Assembly (NCBI GenBank): GCA_951406725.2
Contig: OX597823.1
Coordinates: 33,728,001 to 33,792,000, forward strand
Reading direction: 5' to 3'
Length of the DNA stretch: 64,000 bases
Source of the DNA: Octopus vulgaris
Lineage: Eukaryota
Position 1 is the first letter of the stretch. Each line of letters begins with the position of its first letter. Position numbers and translations under genes: made by a program. The notes beneath the pieces were generated by a model. The model worked only from the letters and a program-made list of their open reading frames with translations. It made no database searches and was not told the origin of the DNA. This document shows positions 26,407-39,844 of this stretch, in pieces.

Positions 26407-26789
26407 TATTGAAGATGAATGTGAAAGTGAATAATGTAACAGTCCATTGGAGACAGTTGAAAACCACTCCTTCATCAGCCACTGTGCAGATGTGTTCATG
26501 AAATAGGAGCAGCTTGAATTCCCAGGTGCCTTACTTTCACTTTACCTTCACACACCCACATTACAGTCTTTAGTAAAAATATTGTAAAGAAATGTAAACA
26601 TGTTATCTTTGAACTTAGGCTTACTGAGGGGAAAAAAGGCATCTAAATCTAAAATCAAATCTGCATATCCCCATGTATGTGAGTGTGTGTGTAAGGGGTG
26701 GGGCATCATCGTCTTTGGGAGTTTAGTATGTACTTTTCTATGCTGGGGGAGACTAAAGTACATTAAGGCAAAGTTTTCTATGGCCAGAT

Positions 26790-26965
26790 CTCACTGACAC
26801 TCTGTTGGCTATGACGACAAAGGTTCCAATTGATCTGATCAATGGAACAGCCTGCTCGTGAAATTAACGTGCAAGTGGCTGAGCTCTCCATAGGTGTGTA
26901 TACCATTAATGTAGTTCTCAGGGAGATTCAACGTGACACAGAGTGTAACAAAGCTATGGCTACGT
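26790..26965 (+). mobile_element. Possible Nin/Deu-domain SINE fragment
   Basis: GGAACAGCCTGCTCGTGAAATTAACGTGCAAGTGGCTGAG block resembles a recalled mollusc SINE domain; single copy here. Confidence 0.4.
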
Positions 26966-27104
26966 CCACTGGCCAATGAACAACTTGGGCATAGTTCTGT
27001 TGCAAACTGGAAACAAAAGTCACCATTTGAATGCACTTAATTGTCTACTGAGCTTGCCTCACTACATGAGGAGACAAGGAGAAACACAAACTCACTTACA
27101 TATT

Positions 27105-27143
<39 letters not shown>

Positions 27144-29971
27144 CTCATACACATGCACACACACACACATGTATGCATGTGAGTGCTTGAGTGTCCCTGA
27201 GTTGATATTGTGTGACAGAGTTGTGATGAGCATCATTCTCATACAGTGTCCTTTGCTTCAAATCTTCTAATTGGAACATATTGGGCCATGGGGAAATATT
27301 TCCTTCCTCAGAATCAGGTGAAGGTTGGCATCAGGAAGGGACCCTAGCCATGGAGAATCTTCCTCCTTCTGTGAATTCTGTTTGACCCCCCCCCCCATGT
27401 GAACATGGAAAAGTGGGCATCATAATGATGTTGATGATGTTTTTTACACACACACACACACACATTGTATCTTCATCAGTAACAATGTATATAAATGTCT
27501 TCAAATCAGCATCACTGCTATGAATTTATGCCAAATTACATTCCAGATTCATCTTTGACCAATTCTTTAATTTCCAATAGTTATTTGTTAAAACTACAAA
27601 ATTGATGTCTTGAGAATTTTCCATAAGCATTAGGTTTTTCAGAATTCTTCAAGTGAAAATTCACTAATTAACTACCATTTATGTCTTTTAATTAAAATGT
27701 TCTGTTCTTGCTATTCTAAAAGATAGAACTCTATTCAAAGATATAGCTATAACTATTCTTTATCTTACACATAGATTTGATTTGTTAGAGATTTGGTTGC
27801 TATTTCTAGCAAGGAGACTCTTCCCCTTCCCCATTAGCTATCTTGTTGTTGTTGTTGTTTGTGTGTAGCCCTAGGCTAATCTTTATCCAGTGTGTCCAAT
27901 AACTATTGCTACTCCTTCAACATACCAGATGTAAAAATGTGGGTGTATGTGTAGCCAGGTGTATATGTATTTACATGTGTTTGTGTATATCTGTGTTTGA
28001 GTATCTGTGTGTATGTGCATATCTGTATATATATGTGTGTATTAATGTATGTTTATGTGTATGCGTGTGTGTGTGTTGATTTGGTCTGTGTGCATGCTTA
28101 TCTGTGTGTGGGCATCATTTATCAGCTTCTGTGTGTATATATATGTGTGTGTGTGTGTGTGTATGTGCACATGTTTACCTGTGTGTATACATGTATGTTT
28201 GAATTCATCTGTGTGTGTGTCTTTATATATACTGTATGCATTTGTGTGTGTGTGTACATGCACATATTTACCTGTGTGTGTATGTGTATGTTTGATGGAC
28301 CGTGAAGTCTGGCATAGCATGGTAAATTCCATTGTCTCAACCACGGTCGAACAATGATGATGGTGATGTGTGAGTGTTTATATATGCTGCATTGTGTGTG
28401 TGTGTGTGTGTGCGTGTAAAATCTGTTTGACACTAGCTATGAGGTATTTCCCACTTCTATTAGTATTTGTGTTGGAAAAGATATTTAATCTTCTCTGTTT
28501 TAATAATCACAATTATTAATATCAGTCAGGATGTTATATTGTCAGGTGGATGTTGTTTCCTCCAATAACGTATTTTTCTGATAATAAATTCATTATTTAA
28601 CCATTCAATGAATCACATCTTTTATCCTTTCATATTGAAATCCTTCCTTTTAAATGCCTTTGATTTAAGGAGGTAACTCAATTGGATTAGCAACATTGGT
28701 ATTATGATAATAATGGGTACTAGGAGATTACTTTCATATCATGATGACTCCTATTGAGTTAAAAAATGTCACCCATTTAACATCTCCATGGGGAGCATTG
28801 ATGGGATTCAAGTTAGTGACCTCAGTATATTAATCCGGGATAAACATGAAGAGCTTGCTTTGGTACAGGGACAATAACCTGACAAGTTCAACTATTATGA
28901 ATGTTACACTATTGATAAATTTAAGAACTTGGCTTTCAATGAGTTTGGTTCAGATATAATTATTCCTATCAATCTAATTGCTGTGAACTTTAGACCTCAA
29001 AGCCAGAGTGTATTTCTCCTACAGAAAGGCCAATTAGAGAAGTATATAGCCACAAGAATTCAAACCACAATTTGAGCTGTAATAAAAAAATTTAGTAGCT
29101 AGAATGACTAAAAGAAAATCTCCAGTCAACATTCAGGTACAGATACCTTCAACAGAACCATGCTTCATTACTATAAGGTGTTAATGAGGCGACTTCAGTG
29201 TGAAATTAGGGCTCACTGAGGAACTAAAATCATCTCCTGAAGAGAAATAGGAGAAGAGAAATAACTTGTTCAAATGGCTATTCTACCTAGATGTCTCTAC
29301 AAACATAGCTAAGAACGTTTTATTTCTCATTTGAGAATAAATAACTAATGTTGATAAGGCTGAGGCTAGAAACACATGTAGCATACTACATAGCTTCCAG
29401 CATGGTCTGCTACAAACACAAAACAAGCCATGCCCCCCCCCCGGTACAGCTCCTATCCTTGGCACTCAACTAAAATCAGTCTGCTTGGAGTGACAGCCTT
29501 GTCAAAGTGTTGCACAGTTAGTCGTGGCCTTCACTGCTTTATTGCTTCTTGGTAGTTGAAACTTCTTGAAGCCACTGATGGTGGACCTGTCATTGTGACA
29601 ATTAGGCTATTACAAATATGCAACAATGAAATACTACCATTCCTACCACTTTCAATATGTTGTATAGGTGGGAGCTATTGTGATTCTTCAGTTCCCTGGA
29701 CAGATATGTCTTTTGTTGGAATGTCATTTGGTCAAAATCTTTGTCTTCATTGATCAACAATGGATATGACAGTCTTTGGCAAATTCCTTTGTTATATTCC
29801 TCGTTCCTTTTCCTTCATTTTTCTTTCCTCTTTATTCTTTTATTTCTATTATTTATTTTATTTATTTGGCAGTTGCAAGGACATTGTCAAATTCAAAAAC
29901 AAAATATTGTGTGTATGTATGTATGTATGTATGTATGTATGTATGTATGTATGTATGTATGTATATATGTA

Positions 29972-30009
<38 letters not shown>

Positions 30010-30406
30010 TGCACACACACACACACACACAGATAGAGAAATATCATGACCATCATTTTAATGTCCACTTTTCCCCACTTGCATGGGTCAGTTGAAATTC
30101 CTTGAGGCAGATTATTCATGGAAAGCTGCTCTTCCTGATGTCATTTGTCACCTGTTTCCAGGTAGAGGGTAATGTCACCCCCACCCAGTCCTTGAAACAA
30201 TAACAGCACAATGACCACACATATTTTACACACACACACACACATATATATATATGCATACATATCTGCATACACACACTCTCACAGAGGTAAGTATATT
30301 CAAATGTGTGAGTGTGTGAATGTGTGTGTGAGTAAAATGGAGAAAGAAAAGTAAAGGAATTAGTATAGGTACTGGTCAACTTTAGCTGTGAAACCTTAGA
30401 AAATGT

Positions 30407-30440
<34 letters not shown>

Positions 30441-33400
30441 CCCATTTCTTGAAGTGATTCAGAGGAAATACATGGCCTAGTTCTGACCCAGATGCTTAAG
30501 GAAGAAAGAAAATGAGATATTTAAGGGAAAAAAAAAATTAATAGACAAATTCTTTAAAAAAAAAAAAGAAAGAACAGAAATGGTGAGTTAATGAGTAAAG
30601 CATATTGAAATGTTGAAGAATGAATGAGAAACCTTTAGAAAAATAGCTCTGTAATATGTTGTTCACAGAACTTGGCAATGATAGAAGTAGTTTACTTTCA
30701 AATGATATTTTTACATCATCGTCATCGTTATTGTCATCATGGTCGTCATCGTCATCATCATCATCATCATTATATTCATCAGTTTTAATGTCTAATTTCC
30801 CTTGTTTGCATGGTAATGAGACTTGTTCACAACTATTTTGCAAAGTCAAGACAAAAAGACACACACACACACTTGCATATATTCTTGTCACTCATAACAT
30901 GTGTGTGTGTGTGTGTGCATATGTACACGCATGCACATGTGCACACACACATACACACTAGTTTGCACTCACACACACACACACTTGCACTCACACACTC
31001 ACACACACACATGTATATATGAAGGGCTTCCTTTAGTTTCTGCCTATCAAATCCACTCACAGAGTTTTTGTTTGGATCAGAGCTGTAGTAGAAGACACTG
31101 GTCCAAGGTGCCATGCTGTGGGACTGAGCCTGAAACTATGTGGTTGTCACTTGATATTGTTCCCTAAGCCTGCATAAACAACTAATAATGATAAGGTTAA
31201 GGCTAGAAACACCTGTAGCATACCAAATTGTTTCCAGCATGGTACACTACAAACACAAAAAAAAACCCATGCCCCTACGCAGCTCCTATCTTGACTCAAC
31301 TTGGCTCAACCTATGCAGCTCCTACCCTTGGCTCAACTTGGCACAACCTATGCAGCTTGGAGTGAGGGCCGGACTTCTTTCAGTTTCTGTTAACCAAATC
31401 CACTCACAAAGCTTTGGTCAACCCAAGGCTACAATAAGAGTTGCTTGCTCAAGATGCCACGGTTTGGTACCCTGGGCCATGGAGCTAAACCTGAAATCAT
31501 TTGGTTGGAAAATGAACATCTTTTTCATCACACAGCTATACTTTTACCTAGCCATATCTTTATTTAGGGTTTATATTCCAGTATTTTTGTGTATTCTGAC
31601 AGGTCTCTTCTCACATACAAATATTCTTGTAAATCTGTTCTGACATTTATTTTCATAATTATTGTTTTGCATCTATTCTTCTATGCTTCATTGGATAAAT
31701 GGTTGAATTCATTTATTTCACAGCTGAATGATTTTCCTTCTCACCATAAACCCCTTCGTTGAGAAGTTGGGAGTAAATCCTATTTTGTGTTCTCTCAGCA
31801 AAACCAGTTCAGTATTTTGTGCAGATAATTTTAAATATTCTGGAGTGTGATTAAGAAGTTTGATTCCCGACCTCATGGTTTCAGTTTCAAGCCTACTGCA
31901 TGGCACCTTGAGAAATTCAGTGTCTTCTATTATAACTCCTGGTCAACTAAAACTCAGTTTCTGGATTTGGTAGACAGAAGCTGAAAGAATCTCATCGCAT
32001 GTGTGTGTGTGTGTTAGTCTCAACACTTTATGATAGATGTAAATGAGCCTCACCATCACACAATTGGTGTTGTTCATTGCCAATCTTCTGTGGAAACATG
32101 TCTGGCCATGGAGAAATATCATTTTGGGAAACAGTTGAAGGTTGGCAACAAGAAGGGAATTTTCTCTAATAAACCCAACACTCCTCTCGTAGTCTGCTAC
32201 GTATATCCCTAATAAGCCTACTACTTCATCAATGATAATCGTTTACTGTTCGATGTCCATTTTTCATACTGTGACTGTTTTGTTTGCATGCTTACGTTCA
32301 AATGCCTCTGTTTTAATTGATTTTCAAAATAATGAAGACTTTAGTAAAATAACTGTCACTATTAAGCTAGTATTTGGAATATAAATTAACCTGAGCTTTT
32401 GAAGGGAGGTTTCCATTTAAATAATAAACCACATATTCATTCTTAATATGTTTCAGTTAATGTGACACAGCTGATTGCTGTTGTATTTCGTCTTTGGAGA
32501 ACAACTTCTTTCAGATAATGTTTGTTCAGAGCACTCTTGAGTGAAAGAGGTCTTTGAGACACCATGGCCATCCCCTTATCTCAATGAATCAAGTGTATTG
32601 TGAATACACATTGCTCGAAAGGAGGACTACTGCAGGGATTAGCATTCTCATATTTATATCTACCGGAAGTATTAAGAATGAATATGTACGTCATTATTTT
32701 GATTTTTGCTATTCTTTATGCTCGTGGTGATCTAATATGATTTAGTAAGGGTTCAATTTAGATCACTTGAAAACAGGAAGCTTGTATACTAGAATCTGGA
32801 GCAATCTCAAGCAAGTTGGTCTCAAAAGGGTTGAATGTCAATTTTGGAGCAATTGTTTGGTTTGCAAGGTTAGATGTCCTGATAACTAACCACTAAGTCT
32901 AAACAAGGTCAATTACCATTGGACGATGTGTTGAGTTAGTATTATTCCGTTTAGGCAACCACACAACTTGTGAGGTAAAGGAACAAAAATGGAGTTTTAT
33001 TAGTCAAGTAAACTGACCCAAACAGAGTTATGTGCCTTGTTCTGAAATGCACCATAATCGCTGTAGTAAAATTTGAATTTATTATCATTTTCTCCATAGC
33101 CCAGCACCCAAATAACCCAAAGCTATTGAAAGCCTTATATTTGCTAACATATATTAAGTGAAGAGATTATTTCTAAATACATTAAGATTCGGACTTATAA
33201 ACATCTACTTCATAGTCCAGCACCCAATATCTCAAAGCTATTGAAAGCCTATATTTGCTAAAATATATGATGTGAAGAGAATATGTCAACGATGTGGTTG
33301 TTTACTAATGGCTCTGAGCTTAGCAAAATGAGTGTTGTGATCATAGTGTTGCTGATATGATAATGGTTGTTGGAAGAACTTCAAAATCTGTTGATAGGTG

Positions 33401-33656
33401 ATATTAATAGCCTTATATTTTGCTTGTCTTTTGGTATTAAGTTTGTTAATTATTGTCAAAGTATGTTAATATGCTAAACTGTTAAGGTTAGTGGTTTACT
33501 CTGTGTCTATGACATATCATTGGAAAATGTTATTTTAAAGACATCACTAAAATATATGGATTTTCAGTCAAAGTTTAGGCATTCTGATATCTTTAGAATG
33601 GCTACAGGTGTACAATACATATACTTTTTTAGAAAATGTTTCCCATTTATCATCTT

Positions 33657-33695
<39 letters not shown>

Positions 33696-33699
33696 TTCT

Positions 33700-33917
33700 T
33701 TAATTCTTTTATTCATTTACTTGTTTCAGTCATTTGACTTCGGCCATGCTGGAGTACCACTTTTTAGTCGAGCAAATCGACCCCAGTACTTATTCTTTGT
33801 AAGCCTAGTACTTATTCTATTGGTCTCTTTTTGCTGAACTGCTAAGTTATGGGGACGTAACCACACCAGCATCGCATGTCAAGTGATGTTGGATGGGGGA
33901 ACAAACACAGATGCACC

Positions 33918-33969
<52 letters not shown>

Positions 33970-34158
33970 GCACATGCACACACATACATATATACAACAG
34001 GCTTCTTTCAGTTTCCATCTACCAAATCCATTCACAAGGATTTGGTTGGCCTGAGGCTATAGTAGAAGACACTTGCCCAAGGTGCCGTGCAGTGGGACTG
34101 AACCTGGAACCATGTGGCTGGTAAGCAAGCTACTTACTACACAGCCACTCCTGCACCT
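33700..34158 (-). mobile_element. Full-length SINE family A
   Basis: Reverse complement of 9310-9727. Confidence 0.9.
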
Positions 34159-34744
34159 AGATATATATGAAGTCAAAGACATATACTTGTAAGAGCAAAA
34201 GGGATATCATCCTCATCCTCATCATCATTGTTATTATCATTATTGTCACTATCATCATCATCATCATCATCATCATCGTAGTCATTTTGATGTCAACTTG
34301 GTTTGCATTGGTCAGATGCAAACTTTGTTTGCATTGGTCAACCATGTTTGCATTGGTCTTATGGAATCTGTTGTGGCAGATTTTCTGCTACTGGATGCCA
34401 TTCTTTTGCCAACTCTCACTTGTTCAAAGGAAGCTGGTATTTCCTGACGTACACATGTGTTGTTGAAGAAAAATAGCAACAAATGACACCAGTTGTATGA
34501 TGGTGACGCTCGTTTACAATGATGATGCAATGTTAAGAAAAACAAGGCACAGACACACACATTCAAATATATAAATACATATAGAAACATGCTCAGAAGT
34601 TGAGCTTCATTCACTTTCCATCTATCAAATCCACTAACAAGGCTTTGATTAGCCCAGGGCTACAGCAGAAGACATTGGTGGAGCTCTGCCTTATGACATT
34701 CATTAATTCACAAATTAAGTATAATGGACATTGCTGTCAAATAT

Positions 34745-35500
34745 AATAGTGACCCTATCATGTGGTACCTCTTCTGGGTGCAAAGCCAAACTGCATCTCC
34801 CCTAGGCCTTCTCTATCATGGATCAGTTGTGCTCATGATACTCTCCATGACCTTCACAATCTGATCTAGTAGTTTCAGTCCTTCTCTCGAAACCATCTAT
34901 TTTGACTTTTTTAGCAGTTTATAATGACATTGTTACACTAGTCGTGGGGTGTATCACTTTCCTGTTTGATATCATTAGCCACCCAGGTGGCAATCATGTA
35001 TCCTTACTTCACTAGACATTCTGGGCATCTCTGCAACTATTCCTAATGAACCTGCAACTTTCTCTCTTCATATCCTTCAACACTTTATCAACCAAGTTGC
35101 TGTCCCTCTGTGTAGGGGTAGCAATATCCCGTGCGTTCCTCACCTTCAGCAGCCTCTCTTATATTAGCTCTTCCATGTCACTTTCTTGTCTTCACCACTC
35201 TGAATACATTTCTTGCCAGAGACATTCAGGTTCCCTCTCATACATTGTTTGCAATCTTGAACACTTCCATGCCTCTGGTTCTCATATTGCAGCACATGCA
35301 CAATCTTTCTCTTTCTGCCTCACCTTTAGCCAAGTACACCTGTTACCTGGATGCTCTTCTAGCCCTTCAGTAATGCTCCCTACGACCACATTCCTCCCAA
35401 GTTCCCCAGACCTGTCTCTTAGCCTTTTACCATCAACTGAATCAGTGTTGCTTTCAACTCAGATGAGACTTTGTTCCAGCCACATGTCTGATCTGTAGCC
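34745..35500 (-). mobile_element. Decayed RTE LINE ORF fragment (linker and RT start)
   Basis: Minus strand decodes GLKLLDQIVKVMES...LGEMQFGFAPRRGTT with frameshifts. Confidence 0.7.
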
Positions 35501-36039
35501 TGAGGCAGATTATCTCGTTGAAATTCCCAAGACAGGTAGGTAAGTTAGATAGATAGACAGATAGATAGATATATAGACAGATAGATAGATAGAGAAAAGA
35601 GAGAGAGATAATGATATGCATAAATGTGTGTGTGCACCACTGTGTTTGTGTGTACAAAGGGAAAAATCTGTTGAAAGTAATAAAGAGGAAAACAGAGAGG
35701 AAACTGATTACTTGAGAGACAGACAGACAGACAGATACATAGAGAGAGAGGGCGGGGAGAAGGAAGATACAAGAATGAATGGGGAATAAGAACATTTACA
35801 AATAATCAAAATAAAATTAATTAGAACAAAACATGATTAGAAGACATTATTGATTGAGATGAAGTAATTTGATAAGATAGGAAATTTATTATCGTGTTTA
35901 TTATTATTTCTATTCCTCATCATCATTATTCTTATTAATATCCTCGTTATAATTAATAAAATCATAATTATTACTAATTATTAATATTATCATGATTAAT
36001 GAATTAATGGAGACTTTTGAGCCACAGACCAAATGATGT

Positions 36040-36665
36040 ATTGAAGGATTTATATATGACTTGCTATGTTCTCAGTTCAAATCATGCCATCGACTTTGCT
36101 TTTCATCAATTTAGGGCTCATAAAATAAAGTAATAAGGAAATAGCGGGGGGGTTGAGGGGTAATTTAATTGATTGGTTTTCCTCCTATGAATTTCTGTCG
36201 GTCTTTACATTCTGAGTTCAAATTCCACCAAGATTGACTTTCACGTTTGATGAAGTAAGTACCAGTTATACACTGGAGTCAATGTAATCAACTTGCCCCC
36301 TCCCCTCAATTTCAGGTTTTGCACCTATTGCAAAAAGGGTTATTGTTATTGTCGTTATTCATAAATAAAATCCTTATTATTATTATCATCATCATCATCT
36401 TTCAATTCTGAGTGTCTTCCTGGAACCCAGGCAGAGAAACTCACTGCATACATTCTTTTCTACTCTAGGCACAAGACCCGAAATTTTTGGGGAGGGGGCC
36501 AGTCAATTAGATCAATCTCAGTACACAACTCGTACTTATTTTATCGACCCTGAAAGGATGAAAGGCAAAATCTACCTCCGCAGAATTTGAACTCAGAACA
36601 TAAAGACATGAAATACCGCTAAGCATTTCGCCCAGCATGCAAATGTTTCTGCCAGCTTGCTGCCT
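36040..36665. mobile_element. Cluster of three family C SINE copies (two +, one - at ~36460-36665)
   Basis: GAGTTCAAATT / CCTTTCATCCTTTCAGGGTCGATAAAATAAGTAC core on both strands. Confidence 0.75.
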
Positions 36666-37184
36666 TACTCACTGTACACAATGGTAGGCCATTAAAATAA
36701 ACGCACCAGATTGTTCATTTACAAAGTCATGTGATTGAGAAAAAGAGCAAGACAGGGAGAAAGGGGAATAAGAAAGCAAACAAAGAAAATAAAAAGGAAA
36801 ATGGGAAAGAAAATTCACAGCGCCATCTCAATACGTGTGATGTACCAGGTCAGACAATCTTTTGCACTTCTTGCATGGAGGACAAGTCAAAGGATTATTC
36901 TTAAATAATTTTCCGTTCATTTTCTGACCATTCCAAATGTTCCTACAATCACTGGTATTGTAACTGTCTTGAGATGCTGGGTCTCCAGACCTCAGTCCAA
37001 ACGTCCAACCCATGCCAGCATAAAAAACAGACGTTAAACAATGATGATGTGCCTAGAGGAAAAAAAGATTAATATCATTACTATTGTTATTCTGAAAGAC
37101 TTTCAGATAGTTCTTAATTTCTGGTTATTCTTTACTTGAAAGCAATCAATAACAAATCACCAACAGTTTCAAGTAGTCTCCTGT

Positions 37185-37530
37185 GACTCAAAGAGACAAT
37201 ACTCTCCTTAGAATGCGAGCTGTACCTAACAATGCTGTCTTCTGGATCACTTCAAGCCTGACAGCAGCTCCAATATTTCTAATATGTTTTTCAAAGCCCT
37301 TGGAAACTGCTCCTAATGCTCCAATTACCACCGGTATCACCATTAATTTCCTCATGCCCCATAACTTTCCTATCTCGTTCCGTAGTGGCTGGTATTTCTC
37401 AATCTTTTTTTGTTTCCTTACATTTCACCCTTGAATCACCTGGTATTGCAACATCTATTATCTTTGCTTCTTTTTCATCTTTATGGATGATCACGATATC
37501 TGGCTGTTTCATCCCTATGACTTGGTCATA
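37185..37530 (-). mobile_element. R4/Dong-like LINE REL endonuclease fragment
   Basis: Minus strand: QPDIVIIHKDEKEAKIIDVAIPGD...KIEKYQPLRNEIGKLWGM...IPVVIGALG...IQKTALLGTARILRRVL. Confidence 0.85.
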
Positions 37531-37773
37531 CTTATTATCATCATCATCATCATCATCATTATTATTATTATTAGGAGAGTATTGTATTTCGCTTGAAGCA
37601 TTGTGTATTGTTTGTAAAGAATAAAAAGTTTTGAATGGTACAACAATGTACTATAATACAGACAATGGGCTATATACCTGTTGCAATTTAGTTATCCTTA
37701 GTCTGATATGATATTTCAGAATAATATTCCTTCTTCAGATATTCTTAGATGGATATTATTATTATTATTATTA

Positions 37774-37812
<39 letters not shown>

Positions 37813-39616
37813 GTAGTAGTAGTAGTAGTAGTAGTAGTATCGTCGTTGTTGTTGTTGTTATAGAAAGACTGGATTTGGCTGTATTGTTACAAGGTTGTTG
37901 AATAAAATGCACATATAACATGAATATTTGCTTCACTGAATTTCCTCTGATACAAGAAAAACATGGAAAAGGGGACATTAAAAATGCTGCTGCTGCTGCT
38001 GTACCACTATCACCACTGGAAACACCACTCTACAGATGACATCATGATAACGTTGATGTGTATGGTTTAGGGTTTGTGTGGCAGACGGTGTCATTGTGTT
38101 AATGCCGTGTATATATGCTGTAGTGTTGGATTTGTGTAGCACTAATGTCGTTTGTGTTTCAGTATTAGTGATGTGTTTGGGTGGTACAATGATATACTAC
38201 CTTTTAACCAGTAAATTCTTTCAGAAGGACCTCCTCTCATGTCAGTTCATAGTGTCTACCTTTCTGGTTGGTAACTGTTGCTGAAGAGGAGATAAACATT
38301 CTGAAATGCATTTATTGAACAGTCTAATTAGGGGGCGCTGCAACTGACTCAGTGTATTTACACTTTTCTGTTTACTGCCAGAAATTTTCTCCAAAATACA
38401 GTAAAAGGCTTTCATACAAGTTCAAATATGCCTCAAGCTTACTTAAGCTAGTAACAAGTTTGTCAATTCTTTATATTCTCAAATAGGTGTAAATTCCATT
38501 GGGTTGACAATTTCTCCCCAGTTATCCCAACTTATACGTGACTTTCTGTTGTGAATATAAATTACTTACCCCGAAATTAATTAACTATTCTAAATCTTGA
38601 CAATCTCTGTGTTCTCGTAAACCTTAATTGCTTAAGTTAAATTATTAGCATTGCTTTATTTTTAAAAAAATAGTGGGTTTTCATGACACATGGTGTCTCA
38701 GAGCAATGTGGGTCCTTTCTGGAAACAGCATTGCACTGTTGTAAGAATGACTGGTGGAAACAGTTGAACACCCCTCACCCGCATAGAGTCATTCATATCT
38801 GTTTCACTTCCCTAAAATCCCACCCTGAAGTTTTTTTGAAGGATCCAGAGATTATGAAACCCTTCTTGATACGTATTCAGCAGTGAGCTTCTCTGATCTT
38901 GTGATACAAAGTTATAAGTGGAGTCATTTAAAGTCATTTAATTAATGGTGTTTCAGTTGAAACTTTTTCTTCAAAATGCCAAGAATTATCATCATCATCA
39001 TCATTCTTTCAATGTCCACTTTTCCATGCTTGCATGGGTGGATACAGTTTTTTTTTTGAGTCAGATTTTCTTCAGCTGCATGCCTTTCCTGCTGCCAAAT
39101 CTTACCATTATCAAGAAAGGTAAAATTTCTCCATGTCCTAACATGTTTTCAAAGAATATTGGAAATGAATGACACTGCTTGTATGACAGTGGCACTTATT
39201 TACAACTATTATGCTATGTCATAGCAAAGACACACACAATCACACACACACGGTGGCATTGTGTTGGTGTCATGTATATATGCTGTAGTGCTTCCATCTA
39301 CCAAATCCACTTATAAGGCTTTGCTTGGCCTGAGGCTATAGTAGAAGACACTTGCCCGAGGTGCCCCACAGTGGGACTGAACCTTGAACCATATGTTTGG
39401 GAAGCAAGCTTCTTACCACACAGCCGCTCCTACCAGTTATTCTGTACAAGGGGATCCCAAAACACAGTCTTCATTGACGTAACAGTGTTTATATTATAAC
39501 AGCATTTTACTACACTGCTACAGTATTAAGATACTGTAGTGGCAGTAGGAGCAGCAGTAGCAGTAGGAGTAGGAGTAGATGTAGACAGTGTGTGTGTGCT
39601 TCAATGTTTGTGTATG

Positions 39617-39655
<39 letters not shown>

Positions 39656-39810
39656 ATATTACAGAAACTTTATACTGTAGTAGTGTATATGTATGAGTGT
39701 GTATATGCATGTGTATGTGTGTGCATATGTTACTCTGTATGTGTATGTGTTTATATTACAACAGCAGGGTAGTTGCAATACCACACAAACTTAATACTCT
39801 GCAACTATGT

Positions 39811-39844
<34 letters not shown>

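Noticed and set aside
28680-29100. Coding-looking unique stretch
   Set aside because: No open frame of 60 codons or more is listed and I could identify no motif; possibly an old transposon relic.
32430-32690. Short inverted repeat (ACATATTCATTCTTAATA) as another hammerhead pair
   Set aside because: The inverted repeat is real, but the core motif in the spacer is too degenerate to call.
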